Source: Malacoraja senta
Lineage: Eukaryota
DNA length: 64,000 bases
Assembly: GCA_038087875.1 (NCBI GenBank)
Contig: CM075988.1
Location: 6,698,001-6,762,000, forward strand
Reading direction: 5' to 3'
The notes below the pieces were generated by a model that was not told where the DNA came from, made no database searches, and saw only the letters and a program-made list of their open reading frames with translations. The number at the start of each line of letters is the position of its first letter. The first letter of the stretch is position 1. Below are positions 51,305 through 61,119 of this stretch, one piece after another. A program made the position numbers and the translations under genes.

Positions 51305-51650
51305 CGATGCAGGAAAGATGTTCCCAATGTTGGGCGAGTCCAGAACCAGGGGCCACTGTCTTAGAATAAAGGGGAGGTCATTTAAGACTGAGGTGAGAAA
51401 AAACTTTTTCACCCAGAGAGTTGTGAATTTATGGAATTCCCTGCCACAGTGGAGGCCAAGTCACTGGATGGATTTAAGAGAGAGTTAGATAGAGCTCTAG
51501 GGGCTAGTGGAGTCAAGGGATATGGGGAGAAGGCAGGCACGGGTTATTGATTGGGGACGATCAGCCATGATCACAATGAATGGTGGTGCTGGCTCGAAGG
51601 GCCGAATGGCCTTCCTCCTGCACCTATTTTCTATGTTTCTATGTTTCTAT
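51305..51650 (+). mobile_element. CR1 3' end
   Basis: DAGKMFPMLGESRTRGH..NLWNSLPQ, (TTTCTATG)n tail. Confidence 0.9.
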
Positions 51651-51889
51651 GACACATGGTCAGATTGATGCTGTAATAACTTTACGCCTACCTTTGCTGT
51701 TCTTGCCCCCACCCTCTGTGTTGAGAGATGGCTTCTCCATTCCAATGCTCTTATTTGTCATTTGGGCATTTCTTTCTGAAACCTTTAGGTCCACAGTCCC
51801 TCTCTGGAAAGCAACAAAATACAACTGATTAAATGTAGATCCATTATGTGGAAGCTGCCATATCACAGCACTAGCCAGCCCAGATCATG

Positions 51890-52138
51890 TGTAGGAAGAA
51901 ACTGCAGGTGCTGGTTTACACAGAAGATGAACACAAAATGCTGGAGCAACTCAGAATCTCGGGACAGGCAGAATCGCGGGATAGAAGGAATAGATGATCA
52001 TTATTCAGGTCGTGACCCATCTTCAGACCCATCTTGAAGTCTTCCAGTCTGAAGAAGGATCTCGATCCAAAACGTTACCCATTCCTTCTATCCAGGAATG
52101 CTACCTGTCCCGCTGAGTTACTCCAGAATTTTGTGTCT
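51890..52138. mobile_element. Palindromic Penelope-end mini-element with TSD
   Basis: Inverted ends; AGCC(C/T)AGATCATG at 51877-51889 and 52139-52151. Confidence 0.8.
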
Positions 52139-52539
52139 AGCCTAGATCATGCATTTAATAAAACGTTTCCAGCTGAGAAACGATCTCTAATATTACAGCA
52201 ATAAGCATCTTAAATATTACAAACAGCTTTGTTATTAGGAAATTACAAAACGAAAAAATAAATCCTATGGATTTAGCAGATAACTGCTCTATGAATCAAT
52301 AATGTTTGTCACTTCCATTCATTGTTCTATTTACATTTTATCTACTACTTTGAAATAGAATACAATATCCCTTTGTTGGCAATTTAAACATTTATTTGCG
52401 TAATAAATATTTTGCTTACCTATCTTTCAACGTGACACCATTCATTTTATCAACAGCACCAAATATGGCTGGCAACATTGTCATCTATTAACACCATTAA
52501 CCCCTAGAAATGCATTGACTGCTATAGCTGTGCAGAGGA

Positions 52540-52980
52540 AGCACACTCTGCAGAAGACCTCTAGTGCATCTTGAATGCCTTTGCCAAGGCATACAGAGCC
52601 ATAGGCCTAGCATTAAATATCAAGAAGACCCAGGTCCTATATCAACCTCCACCCAACCAGCTGTCTACCCAGCCCACTATAAAAGTGAACGACACCACTC
52701 TTGAAAACGTTGACCACTTCCCCTACTTTGGCAGCATTCTTCCCTCAAAAGCTGACATTGACTGAGGTCAACCATCGTCTGAGTTGTGCCAGCAGAGCCT
52801 ATGCCAGACACAGAAAAAGAGTCTTTGAAGACCGAGACCTAAAGGCTCAAACAAAACTGCTGGTCTACAGAGCCATTGTCCTCTCCACCCTGTTGTATGG
52901 AACCGAGTCATTGACCATCTACAGCAGGCACCTGAGAGCCCTGGAACAACACCATCAAATATCCTTACGAAAGATTCTGA
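52540..52980 (+). mobile_element. RTE (BovB-like) LINE fragment
   Basis: GLALNIKKTQVLYQP, VDHFPYFGS, TKLLVYRAIVLSTLLYG.ES. Confidence 0.85.
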
Positions 52981-53641
52981 GTAGGCCATTCGGCCCTTCG
53001 AGCCAGCACCGCCATTCAATGTGATCATGGCTGATCATCCACAATCAGTATCCCGTTCCTGCCTTCTTTCCATATCCCTTAACTCCGCTATCCCTAAGAG
53101 CTCTATCTAACTCTCTCTTGTAAGCATTCAGAGAACCAGCCTCCACCGCCCTCTGAGGCAGAGAATTCCACACACTCACAACTCTCTGTGTGAAAAAGTT
53201 TTTCCTCATCTCTGTTCTAAATGGCTTACCACTTATTCTTAAACTATGGCCCCTGATTATGGACTCCCCCAACATTGGGAACATGTTTCCTGCCTCTAGC
53301 ATGTCCAAACCCTTAATGATCTTATATGTTTCAATAAGATCCCCTCTCATCCTTCTAAATTCCAGAGTATACAAGCCCAGCCGCTCCAATCTATCAACAT
53401 ATGACAGTCCCGCCATCCTGGGAATTAACCTCGTGAACCTCCGCTGCACTCCCTCAATAGCAAGAATGTCCTTCCTCAAGTTTGGAGACCAAAGCTGCAC
53501 ACAATACTCCAGGTGTAGTCTCACTAGGGCCCTGTGCAACTTCAGGAGGACCTCTTTGTTCCTATACTCAACTCCTCTTGTTATGAAGGCCAACATGCCA
53601 TTCACTTTCTTCACTGCCTGCTGTACCTGCATGCTTACTTT
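52980..53641 (-). mobile_element. CR1 3' end, reading frame intact
   Basis: QVQQAVKK..LEYCVQ.WSP..EFRRMRGDLIETYKI..GTGY*. Confidence 0.95.
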
Positions 53642-53924
53642 GTAAGCAAGGGCTTGTCTTGCTTGGCTATAGCAGCATTTCAGGAGACCCATCGCGGTGA
53701 CAGCATCTCTGCCCTCAACCATAGAATTCCTGAATTCTTCCGGGGAACCTACACATGATCTCAGTCATCCTCCCACAAGTGGATCAGGAAAGTAGCAGAA
53801 GCTCTGTTTTCTAAAGATATTCCCTACTGGTGACAGCACAGGCCACAGGAGCAGTGTGGTTTAATAGCTTGGTCTAGTTCTCTGTACTGCAGAGTATCAC
53901 TGCACACTCAGTCAACTGTCGACT

Positions 53925-54198
53925 TTGAGATACAATGCGGAAACAGGCCATTCGGACCACCGAGTCCGCACCGGCCAGCGACCACCCTGTACACTGGCAC
54001 TATCCTACACACCTGGGACAATTTACAATTTCACCGAAGCCAATTAACCTACTAACCTGTCTTGGGAAAGTGGGACGAAACCAGAGTACCTGAAGAAAAC
54101 ACACTCGGTCACGGGGAGAATGTACAAACTCCGTACAGACAGCACCTGTAGTCAGGATCGAACCCGGGTCTCTGGTGCTGTATACCACTGTGCCGCCA
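53925..54198 (-). mobile_element. V-SINE
   Basis: Reverse-complement V-domain and tail. Confidence 0.8.
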
Positions 54199-54454
54199 AA
54201 AGTGCCAACTACAAAGGCTTCCACTACACTAATGTGCAACTGTGCATAAGATCACACAGAAGGTTCACCTACATGTGTCTTCCATCCAGTTCTACTCTGA
54301 CACTGTAACATATGACAATCCATTATCCCCCCACGATGTTCCACCCAACATCGGGGTCGTTGCTTGGAGCAAGTGGGTCTTTATTCTACCATGAAATACT
54401 AGCAGCTCTTTGAAATCTCACCAGGCAACAGAACACACAACAGCATCACATCCT

Positions 54455-55905
54455 CTCACTTCAACCTCTCACTTCTGAGGTCTGAGGTTCCCACCTGCTT
54501 TAAAAGGGCATCAATAATACCGGTGCCCAAGAAGAGCAAGGTGACGTGCCTCAATGACTATCGACCTGTGGCACTAACGTCTGTGGTGATGAAGTGCTTT
54601 GAGAGGCTGATCATGGCTCATATCAACTCATACCTCGACAAGAACCTGGACCCACTGCAGTTCGCTTACCGCCACAACAGATCAACGGTGGATGCGATCT
54701 CACTGGCTCTCCACTCCACTCTGAACCACTTGGACAACAAAAACTCATTTGTCAAGGCTGTTATTCATTGACTACAGCTGGGCATTTAACACCATCATCC
54801 CCTCCAAGCTGGTTACCAAGCTCTCAGATCTGGGTCTCTGCGCATCCCTCTGCAATTGGATCCTCGACTTCCTCATTCACAGACCACAGTCTGTCCGTAT
54901 TGGTGGAAATGTGTCATCCTCGATAACAATCAGCACGGGAGCACCTCAAGGCTGCGTGCTCAGCCCCCTGCTTTACTCACTCTATACTCATGACTGCGTA
55001 GCCGGATATAGTGCGAACTCGATCATCAAGTTTGCCGATACACCACTGTTGTGGGACGAACCACTGATGGTGATGAGTCAGAGTATAGAAATGAAATCGA
55101 CCGACTGACCAAATGGTGCCAGCACAATAACCTGGCTCTCAACACCAGCAAAACCAAGGAACTAATTGTGGACTTTGGAAGGGGTAGGATGGGAACCCAC
55201 AATCCCGTTTATATCAATGGGCCAATGGTGGAAAGGGTCAAGAACTTCAAATTCCTGGACGTGCATATTTCCGATGATCTCTCCTGGTCCCAGAACACTG
55301 ATGCAATCATAAAGAAAGCACATCAGCACCTCTACTTCCTGACAAGATTTCAGAGAGTTGGCATGTCAAGGAGGACTCTCTCGAACTTCTACAGGTGCAC
55401 AGTAAAGAGCATGCTGACCGGTTGCATCGTGGCTTGGTTCGGCAACTTGAGCGTCCAGGAGCGGAAAAGGCTGCAAAAAGTTGTAAACACTGCGCAGGCC
55501 ATCACCGGCTCTGACCTCCCTATCATCGAGGGAATCTATCGCATTCGCTGCCTCAAAAAGGCTGCCAACATCATCAAGGACCCACACCATCCTGGCCACA
55601 CACTCATCTCTCCGCTGCCATCAGGTAGAAGGTACAGGAGCCCGAAATCTGCGAACATCCAGGTTCAGGAACAGCTGCTTCCCCACAGCCATCAGACTGT
55701 TAAACACAACATCAAACAAACTCTGAACTGTAACAGCCTATTGCACTTTATCTGTTTATTTATGTGAATATATATGGTCTATGGTATATAGACACACTGA
55801 TCTGATCTGTATTTATGCTTACAATATTGTTGTGCTGCAGCAAGCAAGAATTTCATTGTCTTATCTGGGACACATGACAATAAACTCTCTTGACTTAACT
55901 TGACT
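54455..55905 (+). mobile_element. Rex1/Babar LINE, 5'-truncated (RT to 3' end, two frameshifts)
   Basis: [90 protein letters not shown] + (CTTGA)n tail. Confidence 0.95.
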
Positions 55906-55920
55906 CACAGAGCAAGCTAA

Positions 55921-56278
55921 AGGGCCTGTCCCATTGTACGAGGTAATTCAAGAGTTCTCCTGAGTTTTCCCATGATTCGAACTCGGAGAATGTCCGTAAC
56001 GGGTCCGTAGGAGTTCGTGGATGTCTCGTAGCGGCTCGTACGAGTAAAAAGTTACTATTTTTTTCATCACGAGTTTTTTTTACTCGTGGACATTTTTCAG
56101 AGTGTTGAAAAAACGTCACGAGTTTATCGGATTTCCCCTGTACCTACCGTTAGCATTACAAGCCGCTCCGGGACATTCACAAACTCCTACGGACCCGCTA
56201 CGGACATTCTCCGAGTTCAAATCAGGGGAAAACTCAGGAGAAAACTCTTGAATTACCTCGTACAGTGGGACAGACCCT
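55921..56278. mobile_element. PIF/Harbinger-type MITE, largely palindromic
   Basis: Long TIRs starting AGGGCCTGTCCCA, TAA TSD (55918-55920, 56279-56281). Confidence 0.9.
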
Positions 56279-56721
56279 TAATAACCTGAGCCAGATCCAG
56301 GAACTCTACACTTTAATTCCTCACCAGTTTCTAGAATCTCTCTGCTTTTTGTAACACAAGAACTTAAAAACAAGCCTGAAAAAGACACAAAGTGCTGGAG
56401 TAACTCAGCGGGTCAGGCAGGGTCTCTGGAGAACACAGATAAGTGCTATTTCGGGTTGGGACCCTTCTTCAAATGTTACCTATCCATGTTCTCCAGAGAT
56501 GCTGCCTCACCTGCTGAGTTACTCCTGCATTTCGTGTCTTCTTTTGCAAACCAACATCTGCAGTTCCCAAAATCCGAGCAAAACATTTGTGGAGAGCAAT
56601 CCATCTAAACGGACCATTCTCTCCACCATCAGAACCCTTTCCAATAACAGTCCAAAGACAGACACAAAAAGCTGGAGTAACTCAGCGGATCATACAGCAT
56701 ATCCGGAGATAAGGAATAGGT

Positions 56722-56749
56722 GACATTTCGGGTCGAGACCCTTCTTCAG
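56722..56749 (-). ncRNA. Minimal hammerhead motif in a Penelope end
   Basis: Minus strand CTGAAGA-A-GGGTC-TC-GACCC-GAAA-TGTC (one change in the ACGT palindrome). Confidence 0.6.
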
Positions 56750-56937
56750 ACTGAGTCTTCCAAGAAAAGTCCTCCAAGCTTCACCCCCACTAATTCTCAA
56801 TCCATCTTAAAACAATTGGCAGAACGAAGAGGAACATGCATGAAGCTTGAAAGCACAGATCAGCTGAGGATGTCAAAAGTGAGAAGATTTTAACGTGCAC
56901 AAGCAGATAAATTGTTTTTTATCCCTGAAAGGCCCAC

Positions 56938-57029
56938 CTGATAATTCCTTTCCCCAGAGGATGGCATGCTTGCTGTCGACAGTCTCTGAGTGATGGACTC
57001 AGTTGGGACAATGCTATGGACTACTGGTT
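56938..57029 (-). CDS. Probable 92-nt coding exon following the large exon (EPVVHSIVPTESITQRLSTASMPSSGERNYQ)
   Basis: Acceptor GCTTTGACAG, donor CAG|GTGGGC; open in the phase 1 frame required by the upstream exon. Confidence 0.55.
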
Positions 57030-57650
57030 CTGTCAAAGCAGCTTGGGCCAGTTGTAGTTGAGGCATCAAGGTGGTGGGGAGCAGGAGGGTGGAGATATGC
57101 TGATATCATCATATCCTGCACTCACTCCAACTGTTAGAATTGGGGTGCAGATGTGGGGGGGGGGGAGGGAGGAAATGGGTAGTGGGGAGGGGTGTGTGGC
57201 GAGCTATTAGTATTGCAGGTGCGTGAGGGACAAGTGAAGGAGATGAGATTGACATCTTGGCAGTCTTATCCACCAGCTAGAACAGACATCAGAGCTCAAG
57301 GATTGTCTCAAACTGATTGACCTTCTGTCAAGGGTTAGTAACACTGCCTCCAGATGGAACAGACCATGGCATTAATGAGAGAGAAGCCACTGCAAAATAC
57401 CCCACAGATAGCAGGAGTAAACCTTTCGAATCTCCCTGCCATGTGGACAATTAAGCTTGGCAGGAGGACAGCCAACATCCTACAGACTTGTTTCTGCCTC
57501 GACAATTCTCCTGTTAATCGGTGGCCCCAGGGTTGTACATCTCTATCCTGTTGAACTATACTGGGAGAAGATGGTGCCCACCGACAGTATCCTCTTCCCC
57601 TGTGCTAACCATCTCTATGTGCTCCTGTACCCTTGTGTTGTGGGACTCAC

Positions 57651-59315
57651 CGTTCTCTGTGTCAGATATATCAGGGATACGTCTGCACGAGATGTTAGTG
57701 TCTGGAATGCAGCAAGTCCGCGGCGATCGGTCCTTGCAAGAAATGGGGTCTTTTGACTTTGACGGGGGTGCACGGCGTTGATCCTCAGGTTGGCTGCATC
57801 GCTTCGCCCTTGACGAACATGGAGAGCTGGAAGATACGTCCTCACGGCGCCTGTTCTTCCTCCGCTCAGGAGTGCAAGGAGCATTTGCTGGTTGGTCCTC
57901 AGGAGGGACAGGAACGTTTGCCTCTGAAACACAAGCTGTATGTGATGGCTTCTCATTCTCAGGGGCGACATTCTTTCTATCTAAAGCACAGTCAGTTTGC
58001 GGTGGCTGCTCATCCACAGGGCTGGGCTCCTTTGTCTCTGAAGCACAGCCTGATTGTAATGGCTGCTCAATTGCAGGGCCGGCATCCTTTGACTCTGAAA
58101 CGGATGGCGTAGGACATGGTTGGGCAGCCCACTCTGTCCTTGACTTGCACGGAGCCTGAAATTGGTTGCCAGGAGGCGCCGTGTTCATTGCCTCTGTGGT
58201 GCCACAGCTTTGCCATCTTTGGCCCTGAGGAGGAATGGAATCCTTATAAAATGCTGCACATGGGGGCTCTGACCCTTGGTCTTGAGGGGTGGAGTCCTTA
58301 CAAAATGCTGCACATGGGGGCTCTGACCCTTGGTCTTGAGGGGTGGAGTCCTTACAAAATGCTGCACATGGGGGCTCTGACCCTTGGTCTTGAGGGGTGG
58401 AGTCCCTACAAAATGCTGCACATGGGGGCTCTGACCCTTGGTCTTGAGGGGTGGAGTCCTTACAAAATGCTGCACATGGGGGCTCTGACCCTTGGTCTTG
58501 AGGGGTGGAGACCTTACAAAATGATGCACATGGGGGCTCTGATCCTTGGTCTTGAGGGGTGGAGTCCTTACAAAATGCTGCACATGGGGGCTCTGATCCT
58601 TGGTTTTGAGGGATGGAGTCCTTACAAAATGCTGCACATGGGGGCTCTGATCCTTGGTTTTGAGGGATGGAGTCCTTACAAAATGCTGCACATGGGGGCT
58701 CTGATCCTTGGTTTTGAGGGATGGAGTCCTTACAAAATGCTGCACACTGGTCTTGAGGATTGGAGTCCTCATGGTACGAAGCACATGGAGGTTGTGATCT
58801 CTGGTCTTGAGGATTGGAGTCCTCATGGTACGAAGCACATGGAGGTTGTGATCTCTGGTCTTGAGGATTGGGGTCCCTCGGAAATGAAGCCCACCGAGGC
58901 TGCGATCCCTCGTTTTGGGGAGGATTAGGGTCTTTATGGTGTAAAGCACAAGGAGGTTGTGATCTCTGGTCCTGGGGAGGAGTGCAATCAGTTGATTGCT
59001 GAGGGCATGGTTGGTTCGCAGGAGCGTGGGGGCACTTTGAGATGCTTGAAGCATGTAGAGATTGGTCCACAGAAGAGACTTGGTCCTCAGGAAGAATGAA
59101 GCATTTTGACCGTGGAGTGTATGGTTGTTTCTTACCAGGGACGGGGCTTCTTGACACTAAAATGTCAGGATTCAATGGCTGATCTTCAGGAGTGCCACGG
59201 ACCATTGAGTCTGATGCCCATGTAGGTGGTAGGGTTTGGACCTGAGGACAGATAGAAGCTTTCAAACAATCTTTGTTCTCTAGAGGATGGGGCTTGTTGT
59301 CATCTGATGCGGGTT
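57651..59315 (-). CDS. Large internal coding exon (1665 nt, phase 1-1) of an unidentified gene; Pro/Gln/Ser/Cys-rich repeat protein
   Basis: Strong acceptor CTTCTTCTTTCCTCCAG before 59315 and consensus donor ACG|GTGAGT after 57651. Length is divisible by 3. The frame is open throughout, including more than 1 kb outside the perfect repeats. No transposon motifs. Confidence 0.8.
58243..58872. repeat. 54-bp coding minisatellite: nine DS(T/I)PQ(D/N)QGSEPPCAAFCK-type units (58243-58728) plus a partial unit and two SQPPCASYHE-type units
   Basis: Period of 54 read directly from the sequence (e.g. 58261 vs 58315). Confidence 0.98.
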
Positions 59316-59849
59316 CTGGAGGAAAGAAGAAGTGATGTTGACTTAGTAATCATATAACTAGCACGTGAAGCATTGACCATAGGGGTGGTGTTGACTGAAG
59401 ATGCACAATGAGGTTGGGATGGGGTGTCAACACTTAACTCAGTCACTTTGACAATTCAGTAACCTGGCTATCAGCTATCCTGAGAATGTCACTGTTACGC
59501 TACCTCCCACCACATTATGTTACTAGTCACCTAAATAATATCTATTTAACCCTCTCCCCATAAAATAACTTGGACAGCTTCACGCGTGGCTTTAGGCCCC
59601 TTGTGTTGTTTCTGGATATAATGTATTAGGTGAAAGGTGGAGCGCAACTATGTCCGTGGCATCTATCATGTGCCTAAAACATCGCTAAAGTGAATTTCGA
59701 AAAGACAATTGAAGGGAGCTGCAGGTCAAAGATAGAATTTAAGGATGGTATTAACAGGAGAAGTGAGAGGTGACAGACTTGAGAGTTGACAGAATTGAGA
59801 GGTGCAAACTGCAGGGAGTAAGAGCGAGAGGTGGTACAATTTGCCAGAA

Positions 59850-60050
59850 TTAACTGCAGATGCTGGTTTATACTGAAGAAAGGCACGAGATGCTGGAGAA
59901 ACTCAGCCGTTCAGGCAGCCTTTCTGGTGAAAAGGAATAGGCAATGTTTCAGATCTGAAAAAGGGTTTCGACCCGAAACGTCGCCTATTCCTTATCTCCA
60001 GAGATGCTGAATGACCCGCTGAGTTACTGCGGCATTTTGTGTCTGTCTTC
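59850..60050. mobile_element. Palindromic Penelope-end mini-element
   Basis: Inverted ends; plus-strand hammerhead motif at 59955-59982 with a CTGAAAA core change. Confidence 0.7.
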
Positions 60051-60357
60051 GGTACAATGTGCCATATTGATTATTAGCGAGGAATATGTTGTAGCAATAA
60101 GATTTGATGTGATTGGGCTGGGGGATAAAAGGGAGTGGAAAGGGTCCATTGCAGGTGATGGATAAAGAAGGACTTCCACTGATCTCTGGCCTGGTCAGGT
60201 ATATATTACAATTTTTGCATTGTATCCACGTGCTCAATGTCACCCTCTTGCTGTTAAAATTTTTAGCCATCGCATTCCTGGTGTCCTTGATATTGCCAGT
60301 TTTCTTTTATCCCTTCCTGGAAACCACATCTATCCTGGCCCTCTCTCCAGGGAAGCA

Positions 60358-60652
60358 TAGGCAGCACAGTGGTGCAGCGGTAGAGTTGCTGCCTTACAGC
60401 TGCAGAGACCCGAGTTTGATCCTGACTATGGGTGCTGTCTGTACGGAGTTTGTATATTCTCCCTGTGACCACTTGGGTTTTCTCCAGGTGTTCCTGTTTC
60501 CTCCCACATTCCAAAGTCGTGCAGGTTTGTAGGTTAATTGGCTTCTGTAAATTGTCCCTAATGTGCAGGATAGAACAAGGGTACAGGGTGGTCGCTGGTT
60601 GGTGCAGATTCGGTGGGCCAAAGGGCCTGTTTCCATGTTGTGTCTCTAATCT
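60358..60652 (+). mobile_element. V-SINE (HE1-like)
   Basis: GTGGTGCAGCGGTAGAG head, V-domain, tail. Confidence 0.85.
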
Positions 60653-61119
60653 CTGAAAGAATAGGATGGTGATGGAGCGAGGGAAGTCACTCTTTAGTAG
60701 ACATCTTCACAAGTTGCACCAGTGCTTTTCAATCATTGGAATTTTGAACATTGGATGAGGAGCAAGTGGAGCTCCAACAGGAATCCTCCATCAAGGCGGA
60801 AGAAGGGGAAGACCCATAGTCGCTCAAAATGGCCAAGCAAACAGGAATCGTTGTGAAATTTTAACTGACCATTAAATTCAACAAAACCTACATGTCTGGC
60901 AAAGATGTGGGTTCAATAGTCAAGTGAAGCGTGTTTAATTGTCATATTTACTGACAATGGAATAATGAAATCCTTACTTACACCAGCACAAGGTCCCTAA
61001 ACTCAATGATCATATATAACAAAAAAACAATAAATTAATAAGCACAATACTTGTGCAAAAAAACCCACAAGTTCTTAGTGCAACCAAAGACAGACCACAG
61101 AAGCTCATAAGAGAACCAA

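Noticed and set aside
53045..53750. 225-aa ORF, or an extra exon ending at AAA|GTAAGC near 53640
   Set aside because: The ORF body and the donor-like site are CR1 sequence. The nearest acceptor is weak and in phase 0 runs into a stop.
58243..58728. CRISPR-like periodicity
   Set aside because: Head-to-tail repeats with no spacers; a coding minisatellite.
58116..59054. Plus-strand 270-aa ORF and alternative minus-strand 289-aa ORF over the 54-bp array
   Set aside because: Open only because the repeat unit lacks stops; they close soon outside the array and do not match the splice-site phase.
12716..60652. tRNA-like A/B boxes
   Set aside because: All are V-SINE heads continuing into the V-domain and tail; no complete cloverleaf.
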